A stretch of DNA of 64,000 bases from NCBI RefSeq assembly GCF_001194135.2, contig NC_068987.1, positions 16,662,136 through 16,726,135 on the forward strand, read 5' to 3'. Numbering within the stretch: the stretch's first letter is position 1; the number at the start of each line of letters is the position of its first letter. Made by a program: the position numbers and the translations under genes. Source of the stretch: Octopus bimaculoides (Eukaryota). The notes under the pieces were generated by a model, which did no database searches, was not told the origin of the DNA, and saw only the letters and a list, made by a program, of their open reading frames with translations. Below are positions 1 to 11,963 of the stretch, one piece after another.

Positions 1-582
1 ATATATATATAAATATACATACATACATACATACATACATACATAGATACATACATACATACATACATATATATATATATATATGCATATACATATATGT
101 TGTATACTTCGTATGTCCGAGAAAATATACATTACAAATAAATCTACAGAATGTAAATTAAAAGAAAGTAACATAAACGGAGAAATGGGACCAAAAAAAG
201 GGGGGGGGCATAAGAAAAGGAGAGAGTCGGAGGAAAGGAAGAAGTAAAAGAGACGAGAATGTAAAGTGGCTGTCAGGATTCGACAGAAAAGAGAAAACTA
301 ATAAGAAATAAGTGGAAAAAAAAAATGAAATGAAAATAATAAGGTAATGAATAAATCTATTCGTTCCTATAAAGAGTAAAGTAGGTTGAACAAGAAATGT
401 TTTCGAAGAGGCACGAGCAAATACATGCCAGCACAAATGCATTTGTGCACAGAAACGCATAGAGTTACAGAATGCAGTGTTTTATAAACATAGAGCAGAC
501 ACACACAGACACGCAAACACACTCACAGACACACACATGCACATACACACTAAATACACATATTCAGGAACCTGTCAGCAGA

Positions 583-621
<39 letters not shown>

Positions 622-954
622 NNNNNNNNNNNNNNNNNNNNNNNNNNNNNNNNNNNNNNNNNNNNNNNNNNNNNNNNNNNNNNNNNNNNNNNNNNNNNNN
701 NNNNNNNNNNNNNNNNNNNNNNNNNNNNNNNNNNNNNNNNNNNNNNNNNNNNNNNNNNNNNNNNNNNNNNNNNNNNNNNNNNNNNNNNNNNNNNNNNNNN
801 NNNNNNNNNNNNNNNNNNNNNNNNNNNNNNNNNNNNNNNNNNNNNNNNNNNNNNNNNNNNNNNNNNNNNNNNNNNNNNNNNNNNNNNNNNNNNNNNNNNN
901 NNNNNNNNNNNNNNNNNNNNNNNNNNNNNNNNNNNNNNNNNNNNNNNNNNNNNN

Positions 955-1005
<51 letters not shown>

Positions 1006-1933
1006 TATTTTATATATCATATCTATAGATATATACATGTATATATATATATATGTATATGCATATATAAATGCACACACATGGTTGTATATTCGTAGAG
1101 TACTCTCTTGATCTCTCTCTATATTCATATGTGTGTGTGTGTGTGTATACATACATACATACGTGCATGCATGCATACAAATCTAATTAGAGGTGGAGGC
1201 AGGAAACGCTTTGGGACTCATGGGTGATGCGAGTGCCTAATTTTTAAAGTAGATAGCAGAATATATTATGTTAAACCGACCAAATGATTAACTAAAATCA
1301 TTAATCAAATTTTACGTTACCCTGAAAGAATAAGTTATTTTGTTACACGATCACAATCTTCCCTGTGGTATTGCTGTAATTGGTCACATTAACTAATCAA
1401 TCAATCAATCAATCACATCACTAGTAGCTTATCAATACCTCAGTAGAAAATAATTGTAAGAGAACGTATAATGTTAGTTCTCAACTACCAGCATTACCAT
1501 TGTGTGTTATATAACATGCACGTACGGTTTCTCTAACCATCACCAACACTGCTGTACATGTTTAGTCACTCTCATTTTCTCTCAAGTATTTCCTCTTTCT
1601 TTTCAATATTTTTTCCCATCGTATTGCTTGAAGTATTTGCTTTACTCATTGGATACACAATTCTCTCTCAATCTTCATCTCTGTCAGGTAGATGACACAT
1701 GTACGTATCGCATTAGCGGATGAGCATTATAATTTCTGAAGACGGACGGACGGACGGACGCGCGCGCGCACACACACACATGCATACATACATACACACA
1801 CGCGGATACATTCTGAAATACATACAAATACTAACAAACACGACATGGATAACACATATGCAAAAGATAATCGTAATACACACTTCAGAACATATTTTCA
1901 TACACGCATCCACTCGCAGATATATAAAATGTT

Positions 1934-1974
<41 letters not shown>

Positions 1975-2368
1975 TACAAACAGCGTATATTTAAAGTAAG
2001 ATGTTCCCTATCTACCCCTCATTTAATGCTTTTCTAGAAGTGATATCGGTTTCATAGTTTCGTCACACATGATACTTCAAAAGAAATTTTCACAAACCAC
2101 GGATTCGTAGTCTGTGAGCCATTTTTGGGTTATTGAAACTGGACACGCGATCGGGTTGTGGCTCAGTTAACTCAACCAGACAAGTCTAGTAACCGATTCT
2201 CTCAGCTTCCAACATACGGACACCAGCAATCAACAACACACAACAGAATCGACTGGCAGCTGTTAACTTCGTTTCTTCTACATTTCAGCCTGTCTGTTAA
2301 TATACGTGCACCACTAAAATTAAACTTCAGCTGAGAAAGGTGTATTTAAAATTATATTGTAAACATTG

Positions 2369-2527
2369 AGACGCAGGCGTAGCTGTGTGGTAAAAAGGTT
2401 GCTTCCCAACCACATGGTTCCGGGTTCAGTCCTACTGCATGGTATCTTGAGCAAGTGTTGTCTACAATAGCTTTGGGTCAACCAAAGGCTTGTGAGTGGA
2501 TTTGGTAGACGGACACTGGGAGGAACC
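2369..2527 (+). mobile_element. SINE family A, 5' half (tRNA-derived head plus body)
   Basis: GACGCAGGCGTAGCTGTGTGG (A-box-like) ... GGTTCAGTCC (B-box-like) ... GTGAGTGGATTTGGTAGACGG; matches the copies at 11636, 13429(-), 16432(-) and 56105. Confidence 0.85.
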
Positions 2528-3145
2528 ATGCTTGTTTTCAGTGAGCCTTCTGTTGGCTTCGGAGTTCACCTGACTCTTATGTCTAGCAAAGTTGGTACTT
2601 TCTATTGCTATAATGTTTTTAAACTTGCCTGTACGGTTCATGGTTTGGTTTGCCACTAATATTATTATCAATAATAATATCCTTATATATATCACGATTT
2701 TCTGAGCTCCTTGCTCTACTCGTCTCTATAGACCTTAGGATAGTTTTTCAGTTGTCCTTCGCATTACCCATTTGTGTCTTGTTTTGCAGCCCTAAGTCTT
2801 TTTTGTTGTATATGTATTATTATCATTTTAATTGTTGTCTTCTTGTAGCACGAAGCCTTTATTCTGCTTATTGTCTTGTCCTTCGTCCGTCTACTAACGG
2901 TCTCGTCTCGAGCCTGTCTTGTTTTGTTATGTTTTGGTTCCATTCCCGGCAAGTTTCTTGGCAGTGCCGCCAGAGTGGAAGCAATATTATCGATAATGGC
3001 CGAAATTGCGCTCCACCCTCTGGCCGATACATGAAGAGAAATTGGTGACCGTCTGTGATTTCCGTTCGTCTGTGTATTTGGTATATGTTCCTATGTCTAT
3101 TTACTACATGTTTTGTTAATGATATATATATATTTCAAATAAAAC

Positions 3146-3198
3146 CCTTCAGGGCGGTGCTCCAGTATGGCCACAGTCAAATGACTGAAACAAGTAAA
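3146..3198 (+). mobile_element. SINE family A 3' tail fragment
   Basis: GGCGGTGCTCCAGTATGGCCACAGTCAAATGACTGAAACAAGTAAA matches the 3' end of the full copy at 16009-16432. Confidence 0.75.
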
Positions 3199-4339
3199 GG
3201 ATTGAATTACTCCCTGTGGAATAGTTTTTGCGGGATCTAATCGAATAAGTTGAGCAAATCAAAGAACTGTCTCATTTTCTCCCTCCATACTGATTCTCAT
3301 AAGTCTTTCTTAAAATAGCATTTATCCTATATAACTTTACAAAGCAAACATATGCTTGTGAATGTCTTCTATAATTTATCGAATGGATTGTGTAATCACG
3401 GAAATATTTATGAATATGCATAAACGAATTTATGAAAACGTTGTTGATATAGATGCAAATTAAAGCTTGAAATAATCCAGGAATGAATTGAATCTATTTA
3501 AAAACTGTATTTTCAAACAGCGTAATTATTATTGCATTCTTGTACCAATTAGGTCGGAAGAGGTCTTTTTTCTATTGATATTTTTCAGATAAAAGAAAAA
3601 AACTATATATTTCTTAACTGTGTTTTTTTTCCTACGAGTACTATTTTACTCTCGTACATACGTTTTAACCATGTCAATGCAATTCAAAAGCAGATATGTG
3701 GAATATAAAATGGCAATGATAAAAGGAGCAACAAATGAACGAGGACACAGAGGAAAGCGGTCATATGGGAATATGGATATTACTTTCAAACGCTAGGTGA
3801 TGAATATTTATCACCAAAAGCTGATCTATCTGGTCAAGAAAGCACAAATTGAAAACCAAATGATTTATCTTAACACTAGAGTGACAGCATTGATCATAAA
3901 GAAATTACAGTGACAAAGAAGCCTCTCCTGAAAGTGAACAGATTACGACGAACTTAAAACCAAGCTTGAAAAAGAACACATCAAAGACATACGTGATGGA
4001 TTTCATTCTGGAAATTTAATACAAGGTTGCCCCCATACCGTATTAAGTGGTAGTAAGCAGGAATGATTTAAGGGTGGCCTCGTTAGACAGAGGAGTCATA
4101 AAGATTTGTAAATGCAGATTGTCACGAAACAATACATACACTGTTTATCATGTCGACTGTTTGGGAAAGGCAACGTTAATGTAACTGCCTTTGACAACAG
4201 ACAATAGATGGTCGACACTACACACACGCTCGCACGAACGCGCACACACAGGCAAACACACACACACACTCACTCTCTCTCTCTCTCTCTCTTGAATACA
4301 CACAGAGTAAAGAAAGCAAACTAAGGAAAATGTATCAAA

Positions 4340-6150
4340 ATGCCTGAATATAAACATAGTAATCAGCATAAATTGAATTGGGTATCATAGAGAGAAATCG
4401 AACAAATAGTTTATTCAAACAGAAGCATCGAACATTCTCTGCATAAATAAATTATGGGAGAGAAGGCTAACTGGACTAATGTTTTACACTGTCTACTTGC
4501 TATAATTTTATTTTGTGGTGAATGGGGCTTAGCATTCCATAGTACTGCTCATCTCATTGACAATACCTTCGTTGGTTAGGTTGAACTTTTGTTTCATTTG
4601 GATTCTATACTTGAGACCCATGTCAGGCAGATCAAAGAAAGCCATGAAAAAGGAGAAATGTTGCAAGCGAAATATTTGTCAGTTGAATCGCAAAATGAAT
4701 TTATTTCTCGTTGTTCTGATTTCGTTATGAAATACATACATTTTGAAAGATCAAAGCCAAAATACTGTTCAATAATAGTTAATGCAGCACGCGATTCTGC
4801 ACACGTTGGACAGACAACACTTTATCTTCGAAAACAGTGGGAATTTAGAATTCCTCAGAGATGTTGCATCTTTTAGAAACCAGGTTCTGAGATTGTAAAA
4901 CAGGTAAAGTAAACATTGAATAAGAATTGCACCCTCTTAAAAGATTTAAGGGGTCAATGGCAGCAAAAGGTTTCAATATGGTAGTTAAGTTCACTGGAGT
5001 AAAATCAATACTGTTTAATGACAATCCTCATGCTACTTTCTCACAATGGAGTTGTAATACATTGAATTTGTATAGCGTATTCTGCCGAGTGCTGTGGTTA
5101 TCTTTATCGGACATATAGCATGTGTCTATATTTCCCTATAATTTATCTTTCTCCAAAATTGCAAATTTTTCTATACTGTACAGATTCTTTCCCGTTGAGT
5201 CGTGTGTGAATTTCCTGTTTTTCAGCTGGAATGGACGGTGGAGAAATCCTTTGCAACAAACTCCACTGATATCAAATTTACACTGAGATGTGCTCTGAAA
5301 CCTAAACAGACCCCGATGACCAAGAATGAAGTAACAAGAATTATTAAATACACACAAATGTATACTAATGTCAGGTTTAAAAGTTTTAATCTCACTAACA
5401 TCTATAAGGTATCGTGGTCGTCCTTCTGCTTCAGGTTCAACACTCTCGACATCTGATAACATCAGCAACACAGCATTACAGTCACTCATCTGATTCAAGT
5501 TCAGCATACTTGATACCGTTGACAATTGCAACACATTATTGCAGAACGAGTAAGAGATACTGCTAAAGGTAATAAAGTGGTGAACATTGATACGATCATC
5601 GGAAATTTATAGAAACTGCGAGATCATTTTGACAACCTACCGACAGATTTAAAACATATAGCTGACAGTTTGCAAACTAGAAAAGTAAATAAGAGAAAGT
5701 GAAAGAAATCTTTTGATGTGAAACAGACAATTGATGAAAGCCATGTAAATCGTCCTGACGCATCTCTAAGATCAGTGTTTCAGCGATATCTTTTACTATG
5801 TCATTGTCAATTATGTCATTAGTGATTTAAATACGAATACTGAAGCTACACAAACATTTCTGATACTTTTTAAATTTCTGTGACATTACTTAACCAAATC
5901 TGAAAATAGCTATTTGACCGCAAGGACAAAGTGCTTGTTATTTTCAGAAATTTACTATGCTGATGGAAAAAACAGCCTTACTATAACGTTCGTTGAATAA
6001 AATTATTTTGACAAGAAGAGGAAAAAAGAAAAACAGTTCAAATCTGTCATAGGGTCATCTGATAGTTTTAGATCAATTTAGAATGAAATGAAATTGGTAC
6101 TCAGTCAATATATTGATTTCAGACATATCATATGAAAGGTTGCGCAGGAA
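4340..6150 (+). pseudogene. Degenerate hAT-superfamily (ZMYM1/DUF4371-like) transposase; may extend 5' to ~3700
   Basis: Successive recognisable blocks: LFCGEWGLAFHS (cf. FLAERGLAFRG), YLSVESQNEFI (cf. YLSxxIQNEFI), KYCSIIVNAARDSAHVGQTT (cf. YFSIILDxTPDxSHxEQ, catalytic Asp appears as Asn), NMVVKFTGVKSILFNDNPHA..CNTLNL (cf. NMxGKYxGVQxxxxxxNPxA..CxxHSLNL), and FYYVIVNYVISDLN near 5800. Many stops and frameshifts; no TIRs found. Confidence 0.85.
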
Positions 6151-6691
6151 ACACGACGGGACTTTGGCAGACGGAGGAAATCCAGTTTGTCATATTGTGA
6201 TCTTTAGTAATAAATTATTAAATTGCCTCGTTTTGGTTCCAATAAATGATAGGTGATTGTCTTAAAGCAGTTTTTCCCCCTCCTTCGGTATATATTCACT
6301 ATATGTTCGTACGCACGCATACATTTATTTCGAAAATTGATACATTTCTCTCTTTAGGTTATATGCACTTTTTATAAGGTCATGGTGCAATTTTAGCGTC
6401 TTCTATCATCATTTATCTTTTCAGTCTCATTATATATATANNNNNNNNNNNNNNNNNNNNNNNNNNNNNNNNNNNNNNNNNNNNNNNNNNNNNNNNNNNN
6501 NNNNNNNNNNNNNNNNNNNNNNNNNNNNNNNNNNNNNNNNNNNNNNNNNNNNNNNNNNNNNNNNNNNNNNNNNNNNNNNNNNNNNNNNNNNNNNNNNNNN
6601 NNNNNNNNNNNNNNNNNNNATACATACATACATACATACATACAAACATACATACATACATACATAAATACATACATAGTCATATACATAC

Positions 6692-6743
<52 letters not shown>

Positions 6744-6746
<3 letters not shown>

Positions 6747-7043
6747 GGCGCATGGCTTAGTGGTTAGGGTTTTGCACTCACGATTGCGAAACCGTGGGTT
6801 CGATTCCCAGACCGGGCGTTGCGTTTTGTGCTTCAGCAAAGCACTTCATTTCACGTTGCTCAGTGTTCATTTCCTCATCTGACATGTGGCACATGATTTA
6901 CCTATACAGGTAATGTCGATTTGACGGCGGGAGTGAGGTTAAGTGTACACAAACATTTGATCACTATAAGGAAATCGTCTGTGTGGTTGCTCGGCAAGAA
7001 ATTGCCGAACCCTTATACGTCGTCTAACGACGGGAGAGTCTCG
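6744..7043 (+). mobile_element. SINE family B variant (tRNA-derived head, TTCACGTTGCTC core, alternative tail)
   Basis: GGCGCATGGCTTAGTGGTTAGGG ... GGTTCGATTCCCAGACCGGGCG head, homologous to 61737 and 37388(-). Confidence 0.8.
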
Positions 7044-7044
7044 C

Positions 7045-7075
<31 letters not shown>

Positions 7076-7079
7076 CATA

Positions 7080-7306
7080 CATGATGTTCATAAATTATCA
7101 TAACAACTTCCACAATATATTGTATCTGTTGAAGTTGCGATCCATCAATCAATATCGTTTGCAACCAGTGGATCCCATGTGGAAGTGTTCTGATGTTTCG
7201 AATAAAACTTTAATTGTTTGTCTGTTTTCCGATAAATTCTGCTGAGGTATCCTTATTTAGCATTTCACAGTTTTTCAAATTGTAAAGATAATTTATGGAC
7301 ACCCTG
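7080..7306. mobile_element. Tc1/mariner-type MITE (227 bp, TA-flanked)
   Basis: Right end reads TA-CAGGGTGTCCATAAATTATCTTTACAATTT on the minus strand; left end reads TA-CATGATGTTCATAAATTATCATAACAACTT, a degenerate copy of the same ~30-bp TIR. TA at 7078-7079 and 7307-7308. Confidence 0.7.
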
Positions 7307-7325
7307 TATATACACCCATACACAC

Positions 7326-7356
<31 letters not shown>

Positions 7357-7814
7357 TGTATGTATGTATGTGTGCGCATACCTTCGTGACTTGTATTATT
7401 TCTTCGTATTCTTATAGACATCTCATCTAAATATATTTAGCTTTATTCATGAATGTACAATAAACATGGACATTTTGCAATTTGAACTATTTACACATAT
7501 GTATGTATCTGGCTACGGACGTAAATTAAATGGATTTTGTCATGCTGCCACCCACACATATACACATGCGTACATGTGCGTATATACATATGAATGGTTG
7601 TTATATTTCATTGTGTGTGAAAGTGTGTATATGTGTGTATAAAGTTAATCTAATTATTTTTCTGGCGATACTGTAGGTGAGTTACCGTAACCGGTTTATA
7701 ATGAAACACGGATTAAAATAAATAATTAATGTATATTTAACATTAAGTTGTTTTTCGTGGACATGTGCGACCGCATGAACTACTTTATATACACACAAGC
7801 ATAACAGATTCATT

Positions 7815-8212
7815 AAATAAAGTATGCCATGCTTCTGACAGCTTACGAAGTGGCTGCCATGTAAAAAACAAGTTTACGAGTGGTTTTCTCGCTTTAAGAA
7901 TGGTCACTTGTCGCTTGAAGACCAACCTCGTTCAGGGTGTCCGTCGACCACTCGAACGAATGAAAACATCATGAAAATTCATGAACTGATCTTAGAGGAC
8001 ACTCATCAAACTATTGACGAACGTGTTGATATGACTGGTGTGTACTGGAGCTCCTGCCAACTAGTTTTGAGCGAGGAATTGCGAATGAAAAGAGTTACAG
8101 CAAAATGTTTGCTTCGCTTGCTCACGGAAGATCGAAAGCAGTCACAGTTGGAAATTGATCCGGACCTTTCTCCGAAGGTCATCAGTGGTGACGAAAGCTG
8201 ATGCTACGGAAT
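7815..8212 (+). pseudogene. Mariner (DD34D) transposase fragment: HTH region to first catalytic Asp
   Basis: YAMLLTAYEVAAM*K..VYEWFSRFKNGHLSLEDQPRSGCPSTTRTNEN...LSEELRMKRVTAKCLLRLLT...KVISGDES*CYG matches the mariner motifs VFEWFKRF, DxPRSGRP, AKFVPRLLT and ITGDETW. Contains stops, a frameshift and an internal deletion. Confidence 0.9.
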
Positions 8213-8243
8213 TTGCAGGTGTGGAAGAGGTAAAGAAAAAAAT

Positions 8244-8427
8244 TATTATCATCATCATCATCACCATCATCATCATTATTATTATTATTATTATTCAGGT
8301 CACTGCCTGAAATCGAACTCGGAATCCGCGCTCTTAACCACTACGCCATATACCACGGGCATATGGCGTAGTGGTTAAGAGCGCGGGCTACTAACCTGAA
8401 GATTCCGAGTTCGATTCCTGGCAGTGA

Positions 8428-8499
<72 letters not shown>

Positions 8500-8697
8500 T
8501 AATAATAACAACAACATCGAAAAATATCTTAGGCATAGGAACCTAGGTAGGAAATTTCCCCAAGACACCTGATGAAGGCTGGAGGGTATATCAGCCGAAA
8601 CGTTGTGTTAACAACAAACAAGATGAGGACAAATATCCGTCAAATGTAGATAATGTAAATAATATACATAATTCTTCATCTCTTAAATATAGAACTG
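8244..8697 (+). mobile_element. Non-autonomous element: inverted pair of tRNA-like heads, (AAT)n, and a PLE-type hammerhead
   Basis: 8296-8351 is the reverse complement of 8361-8431 minus 15 nt. The head has A box TGGCGTAGTGG and B box GAGTTCGATTC. (ATT/ATC)n on the left mirrors (AAT)n on the right. Hammerhead fold at 8564-8609. The 3' boundary is approximate. Confidence 0.75.
8564..8609 (+). ncRNA. Minimal type I hammerhead ribozyme motif (Penelope-like)
   Basis: GACAC-CTGATGA-A-GGCTG(GAGGGTATAT)CAGCC-GAAA-C-GT-T-GTGTT. Stem I GACAC/GTGTT, intact core, extra A after A9, stem II 5 bp, palindromic ACGT in place of helix III, GUU cleavage triplet (cut after 8604). Confidence 0.75.
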
Positions 8698-8764
8698 TAT
8701 GTAAAACTAAGTCAATAGAAAATTATTGTAAAATTCCGGTTTCTTTTGGGTAACCCCCTATATA

Positions 8765-8985
8765 TATGTGTGTATGTGTCTTTGTTGTCTTTGTTTGTCC
8801 CCACCACTACTTGACAAGCAGTGTTGGTATGTTTACGTCCCCGAAACTAAGCGGCTGTGCAAAAGAAATCGCTATAGTAATTATCAGACTTGGAGCGAAA
8901 AATAAATACTGGGCCAGACTAAAACTCTTGAAGTCAATGCCCCAGCATGACCACGGTCCAATGATTGAAGCAAGTAAAAGAAGAT
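8765..8985 (+). mobile_element. SINE family A, 3' half (diverged)
   Basis: TTTGTCCCCACCAC..TTGACAAGCAGTGTTGGTATGTTTACGTCCCCG..CCCCAGCATGACCACGGTCCAATGATTGAAGCAAGTAAAAGA. Confidence 0.75.
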
Positions 8986-9504
8986 GAAGGCAAAGAAGAA
9001 TATTCCAATCGCTTGCAAAATTATTTCTTGTGTGTTAGAAACAAAACTATGATATATAATGATTATCTTCGAACAAATACGTATGTCATGAAATGGAGGT
9101 TTCAGATGTACAACCCGCTTGTATCAGTACTTGTCGAATTATTCTTTAGAAGATAAATCCCGAAAGTCTATCACAGACGACCAGATATTCCTCTCGGGAA
9201 TTATTCTTGTAAATCTGTTTGTTTTTGTGATTAGCTTGTTTTCACTTGATCTAAAACTATACAAACTATACAAACACAAAATCCTCAAAGGGAATTTGAT
9301 TGTTGATCATTCCAGACGTACAAGAATAGCTTAAGGCAATGCTGAGAAAATCTTCCATAATCAATAAGCAGAACATTCCAAAGAGTTTATGGAACAAATG
9401 TTGTCAGAAACGACCAAACCAAGGAAGATTGGAATTTTTCCCTTTCCTTTTCATTTCTTTTTACCTTAATCCATTCTCTATTTTCCTGTCATCGAATATT
9501 TTCT

Positions 9505-9920
9505 TGTCTTTTATCTTCAGCTTGTTTTAGTCATTATCTTACCGTCTTGGAAGATTTAGTCGGACAGATCGACCTCAGTACACTTTATTTACAGTATGGT
9601 ACTCATCCTATCGGGATCGTTTGCTGAACAACTAAGTTACAGGGACGCAAACTAACCAACAACGGTTATAAAGCGGTGGTGGAAGGAACGAACACAAAAA
9701 CATAAACACATATACAAGAATGCACATACACGTACACACACGCTCACGCACATATATTCGATGAGCTCCATATACTGTCCACCAACCAAATTCACTCGTA
9801 AGGCATTGGCCGGTCCGGAGCTAAAGTAGAAGACATTAAAGTAAAGGTGCTGCGAAGTGGAACTGAATCTCAAACCTCGTGGCTGCAAAGCAAACACCTG
9901 AACCACACAGCTTACCTACA
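9505..9920 (-). mobile_element. SINE family A, old diverged near-full-length copy
   Basis: Colinear degenerate match: tail, CTAAGTTACAGGGACG, internal CA repeat, CCAAATTCACTCGTAAGGCATTGG, AACCACACAGC head. Confidence 0.7.
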
Positions 9921-10431
9921 CTAATAAGATCTTCCATTTTACTTAAGAATGTACAGCACAACCTCCTATGATGAAATCATACCGTATTTCAAGGGAAAGA
10001 GCAACTGTGATATTGTTACGTTTCATGTAATTTCCATACCAACGGTAGAATAATTACCATCAGCTGGACTACGAATATCTATAGCTGTGTTCACTCTTTT
10101 GTAATTAATCGACGCTGGCTTTTGGTATAGGAATAACTTTTGCCTGCCTGCCTAGGAGGCCTTATAAGGATTATGGGTAACTCCTTTTGCTATTAAAACA
10201 AAATTAAGTGTAATGGATTATCCTAAGATTTATACTGTATCGCAGTCTCAGTAAATGACAGATTATCTCTGGCTGGATGGGATAAAAGCACAGATAAAAT
10301 AAACATCGGAGATGCCTTCCCCTTGTAGAAATTGCAGGAACTACTCAGAGATATAGCAAACACTTCTTGTGAATCACCACAATGTCGGAAGCTTTTATGT
10401 ATCAACAGGCGGTATCTCAGGGTCTCAAACG

Positions 10432-10660
10432 CTTTACTCTTTACCCTTTACGCCTCCCCTGTGTGGAGCAGCGTGGACTGAAATTGATTTCGCCCGGGGA
10501 TAAGTTCCACCTGCTGTCTCTTGTCAACCGCAACCTCCTTGAGCTGGTTTTAGGTGCTGCACATGTTCTTGGAGGTTTTCTTCAATTGTCTGGTTTCCAG
10601 ATCAGTCTTCTGCAGGAAATCGCCGATGATGTTTGCCAACATACGATACATTTATAGAAT
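10432..10660 (-). mobile_element. RTE-clade LINE 3' terminal fragment
   Basis: Minus-strand frames give KNMCST*NQLKEVAVDKRQ and CSTQGRRKG, resembling the RTE C-terminus (xxTWxQLxxxAxDRxxW..LCS), followed by a TAAAGGGTAAAGAGTAAAG short-repeat tail. Confidence 0.65.
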
Positions 10661-11305
10661 TATGGTGGAAAAAGTGGTGTGACATTCATGACTCTCTGAA
10701 AGGCATTTGTGAAATACGTGAAGCGGAATGGTTACATCAATAATCGAAATAAAGAATTGAAACTGATGGCAGTAAATAAAACTCCAATATTTAGATTGAT
10801 CAAAGCAATTTCTGCTAATTGGGAACGTAAACAGGATTAATTTGACTGGGAATGAGTCTGAGCTCTAAATCCCAATAAAGAAATCTATAAAACCAAAAGT
10901 AAAACGTAAATAAAAATGGCACAATAAAATTACTGTATATATAATCATAAATACGCAGAAACATCAAATGGGAGATATTTTATACACAAGATCAATAACT
11001 AAAGGCAAAAGCAAAAAGCAGAACTAAGAAGGTTGAAGCCTCGCATTGACTGATTTTATCGAAAGATACGTCATACAAATTAACTATTAGATGAGCAGAT
11101 TTGCTTGTTGAGTCAGTTGAAGCATTTCAGTTAGGTATACATCCAGTTTTACGGGAAATTCGTTCAGCGCATTCCTTCGGTGAGGGCGAGTGTGATAAAC
11201 GGCAATATATTTAAACCTTAAGAGAGCAGGACATTTCCTGGGTTAAATTGGATTTGTTTACGATTAACGAAGCTAATTTTGCTTCCAATATCAGTTAGTG
11301 TTCTG

Positions 11306-11368
<63 letters not shown>

Positions 11369-11373
11369 AACTA
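11306..11373 (+). repeat. (CTA)n microsatellite
   Basis: Direct reading. Confidence 0.95.
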
Positions 11374-11450
11374 CAAATATTATTAATAATGATAATTATT
11401 ATTAGTTGTATGCAACCGTCACTTTGATGGCATGTACTGCCCTCTCAGTC

Positions 11451-11490
<40 letters not shown>

Positions 11491-11635
11491 TATTTTTTAT
11501 GGTTCGTAATTTACGCATGTGGTTCTTCTTAACAAGTTTCAGATTCTGTTGGAGACTCTTGGAAAGGTTATGAGCGAGGTCATTTTCTAAATTAAATTCA
11601 GAGATATACTTTGCATTGTGAATTTATTTTACATA

Positions 11636-11807
11636 GGCGCAAGAGTGGCTGTGTGGTAAGTAGCTTGCTTACCAACCACATGGTTCTGGGTTCAGTCCCA
11701 CTGCGTGGCATCTTGGGCAAGTGTCTTCTACTATAGCCTCGGGCCCGACCAAAGCCTTGTGAGTGGATTTGGTAGACGGAAACTGAAAGAAGCCCGTCGT
11801 ATATATG

Positions 11808-11848
<41 letters not shown>

Positions 11849-11963
11849 ATGTCTGTCTGTCTGTGTGTGTGTGTCTGTGTGTGTGTTTGAGTGTTTGTGT
11901 TTGTCCCCCTGGCATTGCTAGACAACCGATGCTGGTGTGTTTATGTCCCCGTCACTTAGCGGT
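11636..11963 (+). mobile_element. SINE family A, 3'-truncated young copy
   Basis: GGCGCAAGAGTGGCTGTGTGG..GGTTCAGTCCC..CCCGTCG(TA)n(TG)n..TTTGTCCCCC..CTTAGCGGTT. Confidence 0.92.

Noticed and set aside
8361-8431. Possible genuine tRNA gene (anticodon ACT)
   Set aside because: No convincing acceptor stem, short variable arm inconsistent with tRNA-Ser, no oligo-T terminator, runs into (AAT)n; treated as a tRNA-derived head.
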